Shown here one piece after another: positions 50,814-64,000 of a stretch of 64,000 bases of DNA (position 1 is the first letter of the stretch; every line of letters begins with the position of its first letter). The notes beneath the pieces were generated by a model. The model was not told the origin of the DNA and made no database searches. It saw nothing but the letters and a program-made list of their open reading frames with translations. The stretch is from Mytilus trossulus (lineage: Eukaryota). The stretch is taken from contig NC_086375.1 in NCBI RefSeq assembly GCF_036588685.1, positions 77,748,001-77,812,000 of the forward strand, in the 5' to 3' direction. Position numbers and translations under genes: made by a program.

Positions 50814-53800
50814 ATGGCTAACCAAGCAGACGTTATTGTGGTCGGAGCTGGTTTAAGTGGTAAGTATATTTGTATTCATGTCATTTTTTCAATATTTATG
50901 TGAACATGCGATTTTCGTCTTTGGTTGTATCGTAGCAAGGCTAAAAGTATGCTCAATTTAGTTATGGATTGATTTACATAATCTCTGTAAATGAAACAGG
51001 GATTACATCACGTTCTTTGTTTGTTTATTTTATTGGACATTGCATACATTATGTTTTGTTATTGGTCAAGTGGGAAATAAGGCTGATGACGTTTTTTGAA
51101 TATACGACGCATATAATTTTTGACTGATTTTTTTATTTTTAACTTGTTCAGCGAAAATGCTAGAACAATCGATACTTATACAAATGAATAAGGATATATG
51201 GTCGGAAAGTCGAATGACAAATGAAACTCGTAAACAAAACATTTCAAAATTTCGGCAAACTCACAATAAAGACTGTTAAATTGTGTCATTCGGAAAGATA
51301 AGCATAAAAAAATATCATACAACGCATATGCAGCCTTCATATATCACGTTGATTTCATATTTTATATAGTGTTATATAATTTTATATGAAAGTGATTGTA
51401 CTCTCTCATTAAATAATATGAATGTAATATACAGGAATTCCTTAGAAGCTAACCAACCATGATATGCACTTTACACACTTTTCCATGTAGACATTGAAAG
51501 ATCTTAAGACAATCATAAGTACACAAAATACTTCACAGAATTTAAGCTACGTGGTAGATGTGTTTCATATTTGCTGTTGCAGAGCAGCCCTGTTTAAAAT
51601 CGGTCTTTTCTGGGGAAAAAAAAAGGTTTGTGTAGAAAAAGGAGCGGGGTGGTTGGAGAGGAGCACAGGTATCTATCATTTAAATGATAATCACTTACCG
51701 ACTAAGCATAACAAATATATTGTCTATAAAGAAAACATTTTATCCTTATTTTAATTTTCTTATTCTTTTTGGTCGAAAATGTGTGGTGTTTTTGTCTTGT
51801 TTTGTAATACGGTATCTTTTTTTCCTAGTGCTATATTTCAACATCTGGTGCACGTGTTTATTAAAAGAAATAGCTTATACATTTTACCAGGTATGATCAA
51901 GCTTAAATAGTTTGTGTCATTATTCCATGATGTGCATATAATGAAGATCTAGGACAAGATTACAAGTTTAAAGTAAAGAGTAATCAAGTGCTTCACGTTG
52001 ATACTTTTTTTTTTTTATCGTCCCGATAATTTACTTTATTTTTAGATTTTCAGTTTAGATAACAAATTTTTGTTCAAATGTTGATAATTTGATAATGTCA
52101 GTATTATGTCAAACTGTCGGTATCACGACAACATCAAAAGAAAATCTAAAGCATATATGGAAGCGATCGATTCTGATGTAATTTATTATCTTATTTTTTA
52201 ATGGAAAACGTACCAAGCTCGAAAACAGTCGAGATATTTTGCATATTTACCCCCCCCCCCCCCCCCACCAAAAAAAAAATAATAATAAAAAATCCTCAAT
52301 TTTTAAATGTTTATGTATTAACATTCGCATCTGATTTCCTTCCGATACTGTGCTAATCAAGCACAAGGTACTTATCTTTATATGTTTGTAACATACTAAA
52401 TTGCTGCATTCGATGAACATTTAGGATAAGCTTTCATCAGAATCTGTAGAAGTTGAGACGGGAATCAAACACGATAATAGCATTTTGGATGTGTACTTTA
52501 TGATATCTCTGGTGGAGCGGTTGCCGTTGGTTGCTTTCTATATTAACTTGTTTTTTTTTTAATGTTTTAATCGGATAGAAACACATATAAATAAAAAAAA
52601 ATGTCCAGAAACATACATAAGTTCGTTGTTTTTCTTTTCTTTCTTTCATATTTTGTCATGCCTAAGCACTTTCATAGCTAACTAATCGGTTAGTTTTTTT
52701 GGATTTTGCTCATTTTCGAAAGCCGTACCTTGACATATAGTTGTTTAAATTTTCTAGTGAAGAGTTGTTTCGTTAATTGGCAATCAAATCAGATCTTCTT
52801 ATCTTCGTACTGGTTTGTTCAGTATAGCTTTTTTTCAGATTCTTCGATTGTTGTAACCACTATTATGTCCTCTTTTCTCATCTGTTACTCACCTACAGAA
52901 TTAGACTTATCACTGGATTTGTAGTTACATTAACAACCTTTGTCACGTGTGGAGCTAGTTGTACCTTTCCAGAGCACCTGCGATCACACCTTGTTTGTGG
53001 CAGGGTTGTGTTGATCAGACTTTTGTTTTCTATGTATATAGATTATAATTATTACGTTTTTTGTTATGGCTGTAATGCCCATCGCATTGTCAGTTCGTTT
53101 TCTAATTATGAGTTTAACTATTCTTTTGGTATCTTCCGTCTTTCTTTATAGAAGTCATTATAAATAATTAAACTCGATGAGTAGCACCAGATATCAACCA
53201 TGGTTTCTGGGTGGGTTTGTTTTTCTCATTCTTTAGTATTCTGTGTTTTGTATACTGTTGGTTGTCTTTTTGTCGTTTTAAGATGATAGTTTTTTTTTAT
53301 CTCTTTTGTTTAGAATTTTCTCGGTTTTAGTGCTGTCAGCGTATTATGTTTTTGGCTTGTCAATTTTGTGTTTTGCTAGTAACAGTGTCTTACGCTTGAA
53401 CCTCTTTGTGTATCGTACGATTATTTTTGTATCAACAACTTGCGATTTCAATCAATATCTGTCAGGATTCTTTGTGGTATGAAGAGTTTAATATATATAC
53501 ACAAGGACTTATTACTCGAACTTAACTATTGTATATTGAAGCTATTCGTTTACAAAAAAGCAATTAGGTCATATGTATAAGCCAATAAAGACCGTTCAAT
53601 CAGAATATTGCCTGCTGATGAACATATCAAATACTATCACAATTACCAATACATTCTTTTATCGACATCATTTAACAAACTGTCAACCAACGAGTGTCTT
53701 TTAAGGTATTATTTGATGAGTTCATGATCGATATATAGTCTCCTGCAATACTATATGAATAAAAGAAAAACTGCGTTTACTTGTCTTCTATCTTAATTGT

Positions 53801-56800
53801 GACAAGAAATCAATGAATTATGTATACGTGAGTGCACGCAAGAAAGACAACAACGCTGATTTATAAAGTTGATGAGCTAAGATGCCAAAACAAACATTTT
53901 GTGCATTAACTTTACTGTCCTTTTTTGTGAGGTATCGTTAGTACATAAAACAATCTTGTATGATATGAGAGCTGTCTTAATCGTAGATACAGAGAAGAAT
54001 ATAGATATATGAAAATGTGGTGTAAATGCCAATGAGACGACTCTCCATCCAAGTCACATTTTATAAAAGTAAACCATTATAAGTCAAATTACGGTCTTCG
54101 AAACAGAGCCTTGGCTCACATCAAACGGCAAGCTATAAAGGGTCACAAAAAAGACTAGTATAAAACCAATATACGAGAAAAACCAACGGTCTAATCTATA
54201 CCGATCTATACCAAGTCCACTGCTTCGTCTCTTGTCTTGACAAAATTAGAATTATGAAAGAGAGTCGAAATATCTGAATGGGACATGCAAACTCAGAAGT
54301 CGAAAATAAACTGACAACGCCATGACTAAAAAGGAAAATGAAAGACAAACAGACAGTACACTCAACACAACATAGAAAAAAAGAAGACTGGCCAACACGA
54401 ACCCTACAAAATTTTGTAATGGCAATAAATGGATGAAATTAGAGGCTTCTGAAAATCTGGCGAAAATTGTAAAACAAGAGGAGAAAAAAAGTCATTTTTG
54501 ATCAAGTGCAAGAGAAGAGTAGAAAAAGGCAACAGTTAAATAAAACTAACGGAATTAAATAATATCTATTACAGGTTTGTCTGCTGCGAAGCTATTACAC
54601 GAAAAGGGAACTGAAGTTCTTGTTCTCGAGGCACGAGATAGAGTGGGTGGACGGACATTTACAGAACACGTAAGAAACCAAAATTATTAGTATTACACAC
54701 GTAAAAAAACCAACACAGAAACTACACATATAAACATCATATATTCGTGTTTGACAAGCTCAACTAATTTCTATATCACTTTAATTATGTAATTTCGAGA
54801 TAATATGCCTTATGTGTTCTTAGTCAAGCATTTCAGTGTTAAGTTATTCAATCTTTGCTTAAGGTATAATTTTAAAGAAGGTAAATTCATTACTTCCACA
54901 GAAGTTTACACGGTTTATCATTGTACCTCTTAATTCATTCCTGAAATTATTGAGTACAAGTTCTTGATTTGTTTAAGCGATAGTATGAAGTTTCAAGTTG
55001 TTTTAAGCTTGAAGCCGGGTCTGCTTACGTGTCTGGTGCACCACTGAGTACATCAAGTTTTAAGTGGGGTTCGTGTTGCTCAGTTTTTGTTTTTCTTTGA
55101 TGTGTGTTTTTGTACTGCTGTTCTTTATCCTCTATTTTTCAATGTCATAAGAAGACGATACCTCGTCGAAATAGAGGGAAAATAAAGAATAGTAAGGCAA
55201 AGCAAGAATGTTCAGCACTATACAACACTGGTGTTTGTATAAAGCATTACTTTAGGCACCTTCTAGATATTTAGTTGATTCGATTTACGTCATATTGTTC
55301 AATTTGCTGTCTCGTGGATTATTATATTATATCTTTCTACTTTTATATATTGGAAAACACTATATGCTGCTTAACTGTAACTTATTTGTTGAATACAGAC
55401 TTTTATGTATTGTCATTCATTAAATATATGTTACAGGCATTTTCTAAATTTAGGCATTTTGTAAAATGACTGAATTTTCAGGCAATTTATAAAATGCCAG
55501 TTACTTGACAGGCATTATACAAAATGACTAAAAATACATTTTGTAAAATGACTGAAATTTTGGGACAAAATTCAAGAAATTGCTGTTCAGTTTCACGCAA
55601 TTTGTAGAAGAAAAATATCAATGACAAAAGTGGACAAAAACACAATATATTGCAAACAAAATAACTTATGGTTCCGAAGAATTAATTTATGTTCCAAAAT
55701 CCAGCTGGGATAGATGTATGTCATATGATATGTTCTTTTTAGTGAAACTATGTAAAAGTACGTACTCACTTGTAATTCAGATACCAGCAGTGAACTTATA
55801 ATTTTTTATGACAGAGAGACAAATTTGTCTGTCAATAGAACAAAATTAATAATAGAATTTTCAAAACAGTAAAGCGAAACGTATGTTGACTAAGATTTTT
55901 TTTTAATTCACTGATTGCTGTTTGTTTGCTTTCAGTGTCAAATATGTCATGTATTTTGAGACGTGACCAAATTTATATGGGTTATATCTGTAGGGGATTG
56001 ACCTGAATAAAAGACTGCCGCTTGCAATTAAAATGAAGGTATTTTGGATAGGGACAGACATTCCACCTGCAGAACACCCATGAATAAAAAAAATAAAGTT
56101 CTTAACGTGTATAAAGTGTTGCATTTAACTGACATATGGCAATATATTTAATGTTCCCTTTCAGAAATATTGAGCATTTTAAATTTTTACATTCACATCG
56201 AAACAAACTCCGCTCTACAATAAAAAGTAAAAACACAAAAATACCGAACTCCGAGGAAAATTCAAAAGGAAAATCCAAAATCAAAAGGCAAAATCAAAAG
56301 TCCAAACACATCAAACGAATGGATAACAACTGTCATATTCCTGACTTGGTACAGGCATTTTCTAAAGTAGAAAATGGTGGATTGAACCTGGTTTTATAGC
56401 TAGCTAAACCTCTCACTTGTATGACAGTCGTATCAATATGGGTTTCGCCATACAATTCGTGTTTTGTTGTGATGCAAATATATGGTTGGCAGTGTCATCA
56501 GATACATTTTAAAAAGTCCAGGACAAATATTGTGTAACAGTTCTGTCACCTAAATATTTTGAGAAATGATATATAATTGTTTTTGGAATATAATTCTGTA
56601 AAATGTATTCTTGATTTTCAAAGGTTTCAATTGTTTCGTTTTTTTTAACATTTCATTCTAAATCAATTTCAGGCAGTTTGTAAAATGTCTTTCGATTTTT
56701 CCAGGCATTTTGTAAAACGCCTAGAAAAATTAGTCACCATGTATAATGACTGAATCTTTCAGGAATTTTAGAAAATGCCTAAAACTTTTAGGCATTTTTT

Positions 56801-59800
56801 AAAATTCCTGCAAGCGGAGGAAAGGTACTATATTGTAAAGAAGGACACAGATACATTGTTCAACTATCTCTAAAAACATTATCCAGAAAACTAAATATAG
56901 ATAAATGTTATTCACAACAGTAGTTGATATTTTTCATTGGACTTTATAGAATGGCAGGAATTATAATTTCCTATAAATAGAATCGTTATAGAAGCGAATC
57001 TAGAGAACAAAATGAGCAATCAATAACGCACTTATTAAAAACTGTATACAATCGTATATGTAGAATGAAAATGATTTTAATTAAATTCATTCCAATTAAT
57101 TTCATTTAAGAATCCAAAAGTGAAATATGTCGATCTAGGTGGTGCATACGTGGGTCCAACTCAAAACCGCATCTTAAGATTAGCAGATGAATTTGGCATC
57201 GACACATACCTAACAAATGAAGTTGAAGATGTTATTTTTTATACAAAGGTAAGTGGCATTATCCTGACTATCATGCAAAATGGTAGAAGATGCCAAATAA
57301 TGCTTCTTTTACATTTTGTTGTTTCGTATGGTCATTGTGTGCAACCAACTTGACATGCGCAATGCCAGATAAATACAAACCTTCTCCAGATTTTTTTCAG
57401 GTTATACGATCATCATCAATGAACGAAAAAACACATATACGTCTTGGAACTTAACCGAAATATGTAATACAAACCAGACGTGAACTTTTAAACGAACACA
57501 TGAACAATTATACGGCTTCATGATACCTTAGAAATTCAGAAGTATGATTTATCAACATGGAAAACACAAACACAGTATTTAATTTACAACATTGAAACCA
57601 CTCATTATCAAATTAATTAGGACAATCACATTGAATATTTTCTAATTCCCGAAAATTTTGCGAACTTGCTTGGATCAAAAACCTTTAGACAGCGTTTTCC
57701 CCGGATCTTAATTAAACATAACGAGGGAGCATATCCCAAAAAGAACCGCCATTAATATCATTATATTTAACAAAAGACAACATATTCATATCTTTCTTTT
57801 ACTCTAAATCGATACTTAATTGTAAAACACTGAAGTAAGTGAGAATGTCCTTTATTTGAACTGCTTTTAATGCCTTTTAGCTTATATATAACTGTAGAAA
57901 TTATGATATAATAGATTTGAACGAAGTATTATATACCAAATCTAAAACAGTTTTCACTTATAAAATGACAGTTCCAATGATGTTGTATTTAAGCACAAAT
58001 GTATTTGGCTGGTGCGACTCTAGGACGAAACCTACACAAGCAGTGATATCGATTCAGTGTATGTCATAACTCGTCAAAGATATCTGCCTTATTATTCAGT
58101 ACGCCATATATCTTCATGAATAAAGGCAACAGTAGTATACCGGTGTTAAAACGTCACAAATCGAATGACAATTGACAAATCCGGGTTATAAACCAAAACC
58201 GAGGGGAATATATTAACTATGGGAGGAAAACAAATAGTACTGGGAAAATGATGATATCATTTATATAGATATAAAAAGAGGAGGTATGAGTACCAATGGG
58301 ACAACTATCCATCCAATTCACAATTTATAAAAGTAAACCATTAAGCATTATAGGTCAAAGAACAGTCTTAAAACGGAACCTTAGCTAAAACCGAACAGCA
58401 TGCTATAAAGGACTGTCCCAAGTCAGGAGCCTCTGGCCTTTGTTAGTCTTGTATTATTTAAATTTTAGTTTCTTGTGTACAATTTGGAAATTAGTATGGC
58501 GTTCATTATCACTGAACTAGTATATATTTGTTTAGGGGCCAGCTGAAGGACGCCTCCGGGTGCGGGAATTTCTCGCTACATTGAAGACCTGTTGGTGACC
58601 TTCTGCTGTTGTGTTTTTTTATTTTGGTCGGGTTGTTGTCTCTTTGACACATTCCCCATTTCCATTCTCAATTTTACTAGTGTAAAACCATTCTAACGGT
58701 CTATCTATACAAAAGAGAAAAGAAAAATGAGAAACACTTATGGACCACATCAACAAAGGACAACCACCCTTATTTGAACCAATAGTGTAGCATCACAACA
58801 TATATTTATATATATATATATATATATACAAGTATACAACTACGTTTAAACCATTTAAGCGACTTGGTGGTCGAGTTGTCTAGCGTGTCGGATACAGGGC
58901 AGGCGATTTGGTGCCACGGTATCTCAGAAATATGAGTTCGAATCCCGGCTAGGAAAGAACAAAAAAATGAAACGACAAATTAACAAATCTAAAATTGTTG
59001 GGCTGATGTTTATATTTATTATTGTTACTTTGTACATTATTTCTGGGGTATGTAAATATAAAAGATATTTTAATATATATAAATTACAAACCGAAAAATA
59101 ATCAAAGAATGCTGGGAGATACCGAAAGTAAGTTAAAAATATTAAACATGTTGATAGAAAGCTACACACAAATATCGCATGGAAGGAATAATTGATATAC
59201 ATGCTCAATAAAGTTGTTTTGTTGGCAATCATACCATATCTCATCATTTATTTTTATATCAATTTTCTCTAAGTACGGATCAATTACATTAAAATCCCCC
59301 TGAACAATCTACCTCTAAAATGAAATCACAAAACTCCTGTTCACATACTACAATGCATTGGATACTGATCAATTAATACAATTTCACATGTTAATAATTA
59401 TACTCTCATACAGGATGGATACTTTAAATATTCTTCAATTTTAGGGAAAATCAAAACGATTCACTGGAACATTTCCACCAATGGGAAGTTGTCTGGCATA
59501 CATGGATATGAACAATTTGTTTCGACTTATCGACAAAATGGGCGAAGAGGTTTGTCTTGTATTGCATAAAACCCAACGATGAGAGAGAAAAAGAATAATG
59601 AATTGGCATTTTTTTCATGAAGGAGAAAACATATCAACCTGTAATTACATTTTCTTTAATAACGAAGAGTTTTACTGAACAAAGCCATATATCAATATAT
59701 TTAATTTTCTGTTACTTATAATGAAAATTGTTTTTGAACAGATCAAAATTAATGTTTTAAAATTGGAGAATGATTTCAATAAACAAGAATTTACTGCTAA

Positions 59801-62800
59801 CCGAACATGACAATACATGTATCGAGAAAAAATATTTGTTTTTCTAAAAATGCACATTCCTATTCATTTGGTCGAAAATACGTTTGTCTTAATACTTATT
59901 AGATACCTATGGAGGCGCCATGGGATGCACCGAAAGCAAAGGAATGGGATTCAATGACAGTCAAAGAATTTTTAGATAATAATGTGTGGACAGCGTAAGA
60001 ATTAATTATTTCATTAATTGTTTTATTCCAATTTTCTTTTTGGAACTTAATAATCCAGCATTTATTTTAAGGCAATTAAAATCAATATCTGTCATTAAAA
60101 ACTTTTAACAGAGACGCCTTATAATGGTACTTAATTTTTTTACGATCGAAAATAAAATAAATGACCTACAAAAACCCTCAATAGAGACGACCAAATAAAA
60201 AAAAAAGAATCACCAAAGACAAATTAAGGTTCATCTGCATAAGGAAAATTGAAAAATACGGCCGTGTTTACACCTCATAATTTACTTAAGTACAGTCAAA
60301 CTGAGGAAAGTTTTAAGGCATGGCAGGAACTAGATATATAAAGTTATATGTAGTATACGTTTCAGAAATTTAAATACTTACCTGGATTTCGATGTCCAGT
60401 TTGTTCCAGTTTGCAAAAGATAGCAAAAGAAACAAACACCTGAGTTTCATTTGATAAGGTCCACTCATTGACACAGTATAAATCACCTATTGTCTGCAGA
60501 TGTCAATTGTCCATCTATTGTTCATTTAAATCAATACTCCTCACAATATGTATAATATGAGGGGAGATTATCAACCTCTTTCCCATCTGAGCTTATTTTG
60601 GCACCTTCTTCAGGAACTTAAAAAGAACTGGATAGCAAAATCTAGTACAGTTATAAATTTCTAAAAAATAAAAAGCATTTAAAATGTATATATCTAGTTC
60701 CTATCATCCCTTAAAACTTTTGTAGGTGCATAGGTTTGTCTGTACTCAGAGTAAAATGTGTGGTGTTAATACGGCCATCTTAGTCTAAAGGTTATGGTGA
60801 ACCTTAATATCGGATACAAAAACACTTGCAGAAACAACTTTAACTGAGACAACAAAAAATTAAAGTCATACGAAACGAGTGACCGATTAAAAATAATGTT
60901 ATTCCCATTCTTAAACCAATGCATACAAACATTATAAACTTAGTCTTCTGTGCACGATTTTATCTTTTTTTTCGCATAAATTTCATATACTAGTAATCGT
61001 CATTTTGTTTTTCAATCGGTCAGTGTTGTTGTAAAACTATGACAGGTAATTAAAGTTCATGTTTTGAAGCCGTACTTTAACGATTGTCACCTGTTTGTCA
61101 ACAATCAACAAAAAAAAACATGGATATTGAGAAGGTGTTTAACATGTACAATTAAATGATAGATTATTTTTAAAAGAACATCCATGCGTATTGCGATCAC
61201 CGGATTTTTACGAGATGGGTCACACTGAGGTCACTTTGCATACGAAAAATATGTCGGGAAATTGCTTCCTGGAAGGAAGCATATAAAATAAAGTAACTTC
61301 TTCTTAATATGAACAAATTAAAGAATGTTCTTCAGAAAAAAGTTTATGTACATAAGTTTTATAATGAAAACTATCCATTGAGTTATAAAAACATATGCAT
61401 TATTTTTTTTAATTTGAGGTTTCTTATGACATTAAAACCGACACACAAAAAAATTGACAGACACAACTTCATATTTGACACAAAAATTTTGAAAAGAGAC
61501 GATACAACATGCAAAATCTTTTGACAAAAATATATCTATACCTTATAACTATTCAAACATTCCAGATTTCAGTGATGCGTACTGAATGCAAGGATCAATG
61601 ATAGGTTATAATAACCAATCGCTGACCTTTAAATACCTAATATAATGTGTTTGAAGTATATGTATTTGTAAGAAGAAAATGTGGTATACTATTTCTGTTT
61701 CATAGTGCAGCTAAAGCGTTTGCAACATGCTTCGTACAAGTGAATGTGACCTCCGAACCTTATGAGGTATCTTTATTATGGCTGCTTTGGTATGTTAAAT
61801 GTGCAGGAGGTTCCATGCGAATCTATTCGACAACTAATGGAGGGCAGGTGATTAAACAATGTCTTTGATGTAGTAAAGTTGTCTGTAGGAATTGCATTTT
61901 ATTATCTGCACGTTTTTAAAGTTCAATATATTTTTTAATTTTTGTATTTGTTTTAGTTTTCGTTTGTTTTGTATGTTATGTTTGATTGTTTGTTTTTGTT
62001 TTTGTTTGTCTTCCTTTTTGTATTTACAAATTGTTCAGTATTGTACGAAGATTCGGAACAGCATTTACCAACGTAAATATGACTTCTGAACCAGAAGAGA
62101 GTTCTTTGTTGTGGTTTTTGTGGTATATTCGTCAATGTGGTGGCTGTAGCAGAATAAATTCAACAGAAAATGGGGGACAGGTCAGGTTTGGTATTCGAAA
62201 TAATTTAACTAATAACATATCTACAGCATTTTTTTTAGTGCAAGATAAAAAGAAATTAACAATAATTCAGATTAACTTACTAACCTTTTACGTTTTATTT
62301 TACTTTTTTATGACACATTTGTATAGAGGAAATAGGGTTACTGATACCATTTTAGAAAATTAAGATAAAAAAAATGTATTTCCTTAAAAGTACCATCACC
62401 GCTATAACATGAAAGGCGGAATAAAATGAAAAGATTTTTCAAACTACAAGTTAGTGGCATTATTTTATTTAAATCAAAATATTTCTTTATTTCAGGAAAG
62501 AAAATTTGTAGGCGGTTCTCAACAGATAAGCAAACGGATTGTAGAAAAATTAGGAAAAGGTTTGTTTTCTAAATAAAAAAGCAGTTAGTTAAGAGTTGAA
62601 TATGGCCATGCTTGCCCCTCCTTTTATTAGCTCATCTGGCCCAAAATTGACCCCCTAGGGAGTTATTGCCCTTTTTAGTCAATTTTTAACAATTTTCATA
62701 AAATTTGTAAATTTTCACTAACATTTTCCACTGAATCTTTTGGGCCAAATTCATTATAGATTTAGATAATTGTAAGCAGCAAGAATTTTTAAGAAAGTAA

Positions 62801-64000
62801 GATCTACAAACACATCCTCATCACCAAAACACAATTGTGTCATTAATCCATCTGTGTCCTTTGTTTAATATTCACATAGACCAAGGTGAGCGACACAGGC
62901 TCTAGTTTATATTTCCAGTGCTATGTGTTATTGCGAATTTAAGAAGTATATACTAATGTACAGGAAGGAACGAAGGCTTTATATCCCAAGTAAAATATAA
63001 TATGTTTTATTGATTGATTAATGAAATATACTTGCATTTTTATCTCTTACAGGATGTCAGAATTTTCTTCTATTTTTACGGTGTGGGTTAGTTGTAAAGT
63101 TTGACTTGGAAATACTCATTCAGGTTTTTTTAACATTCATATTTGATATTTGATATTATGTTCCCTATAAACAAGTTTTTTCGTTTATGATTCGTGTTAC
63201 TCAGGCTCCAGTTGTAAAGTTGTGAACTCTTTACTGTTCTTTGTCTTATGGTCATGTTTTGGCCATAACGTTTATTTTCAACTTATGAAATTAATCACTC
63301 TTTGATTTATTTTGCCTCTCTATGCCAAAACATGCAGGAATAACTTTTTTTTTCATTTATACAGAAAAAGTTATCCTCAGTTGTCCTGTTTGTCATATAA
63401 AACAGAATGGTAGCGATGTCACAATTAAAGATCTCCATGGAAACACTTATATGGTCAGTTATATTTAGAATAGACGTCACTCAAGTTTCACTTTGTAGAA
63501 AAAAAACTATGGCTTCATAATTTTACCTTTTTCTATATATTTTTTATAATTTTTTTCTCTATCCAATGTTTAATCCTGAGAGAAAATGCATAACGTTATT
63601 GCTTAGACGGACGAGATAACATGATAAGTATGACAATATTTTAAGAATGCAATTATTGTGTAATTCTTTAAATGAATTTTATTGTTTGATATATTTTGTT
63701 CATATGATTTTATTTTTGAATATGTTATCATTATCTCTAGGCTCGTATAGTAGCTTCAGGTTTCTTTTCAAGTAAAAATTGTTGATGCTGTATACGATTA
63801 TCATTTGAAGTGATTTATACCATTTTTTTATTAACTATTTTTGCAGGCAAAATATGTGATAATGTCAGTTCCAGTACCACTACAAAACAGAATAGTATAT
63901 GAGCCTCCATTACCGGCAAACCGAAATCAGTTGATTCAGCGAATGCCTATGGGATCTGTAATAAAAACCTTTATGTATTATGACACACCATTCTGGAGGA
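50814..64000 (+). CDS. MAO: Flavin-containing monoamine oxidase (MAO-A/B family), 5' part; continues beyond the window
   Basis: Exons 50814-50859, 54575-54669, 57111-57248, 59445-59549, 59903-59994, [61706-61847 or 62039-62180], 62496-62559, 63365-63453 and 63847->64000. Motifs: [84 protein letters not shown]. Confidence 0.96.
54010..54200 (+). repeat. Interspersed repeat family; other copies at 37540-37676 + 46807-46833 + 48119-48240 (split), 48260-48430 and 58270-58770, with relatives at 49895-50070 and 8130-8295
   Basis: Shared gccaatgagac.actctccatccaagtcac...agccttggctcaca...ctataaaggg...actagtgtaaaacca...aaccaacggtctaatcta. Confidence 0.75.
55433..56811. mobile_element. Probable old non-autonomous DNA element bounded by arrays of a palindromic GGCATTTTGTAAAATG(A/C)C motif
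   Basis: Motif clusters at 55434-55560 and 56670-56810; ends caggcattttctaaa / ttttaaaattcctg are imperfectly inverted. Confidence 0.5.
58859..58995 (+). mobile_element. tRNA-derived SINE head in MAO intron 3
   Basis: A-box-like ggtggtcgagttgtcta and B-box gagttcgaatcc, followed by an A-rich body; no clean cloverleaf. Confidence 0.6.
61706..61847 (+). CDS. MAO: MAO exon 6a (candidate mutually exclusive exon; Tyr at the MAO-B 199 position)
   Basis: tttcatag| 142 nt |gtgatt; [47 protein letters not shown]. Confidence 0.9.
62039..62180 (+). CDS. MAO: MAO exon 6b (candidate mutually exclusive exon; Asn at the MAO-B 199 position)
   Basis: ttgttcag| 142 nt |gtcagg; [47 protein letters not shown]. 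Confidence 0.88.
62622..62908 (+). mobile_element. Internally deleted copy of HINE family B in an MAO intron
   Basis: ttttattagctcatctggcc...aattgacccc...ccaaggtgagcgacacaggctctagttt matches both ends of 28869-30708 and lacks the tandem array. Confidence 0.8.

Noticed and set aside
58859-58950. Possible tRNA-Leu/Ser gene
   Set aside because: It has A and B boxes but no proper acceptor or anticodon stems, so it was treated as a SINE head.
60374-60390. ATACTTACCTGG, resembling the U1 snRNA 5' end
   Set aside because: No U1 body follows; it is just a minus-strand donor-like sequence.
59995-61705. A third MAO exon-6 variant in intron 5
   Set aside because: No 142-nt open segment with the TSEP/LWY/GGQ pattern was seen.

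Overview
AT-rich metazoan genomic DNA. The repeat families, intron style and hammerhead-bearing interspersed repeats suggest a bivalve mollusc, probably Mytilus (inference). There are three spliced host genes: a divergent MPDU1-like PQ-loop gene (minus strand, 3209-9120), aldose 1-epimerase GALM (plus, 16508-21908, GC-AG first intron) and a flavin monoamine oxidase (plus, from 50814 off the window end). The MAO gene has two tandem, same-length, same-phase copies of the exon lining the substrate cavity (61706-61847 and 62039-62180). These look like mutually exclusive exons that swap the residue equivalent to MAO-B Ile199 / MAO-A Phe208, and this is the top finding. Between GALM and MAO lies a ~26 kb transposon island. 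It holds a full-length DIRS1-type element whose recombinase is split by a Harbinger MITE carrying two nested Helentron-type elements, three more Harbinger-like elements (one with a MADF pseudogene), a full-length CR1-group LINE, a decayed Tc1 element and a Kolobok-like MITE. The LINE has a stand-alone SGNH esterase ORF, twin covarying RNA hairpins and a candidate -1 frameshift into ORF2. All calls are from reading the sequence by eye; no searches were run.
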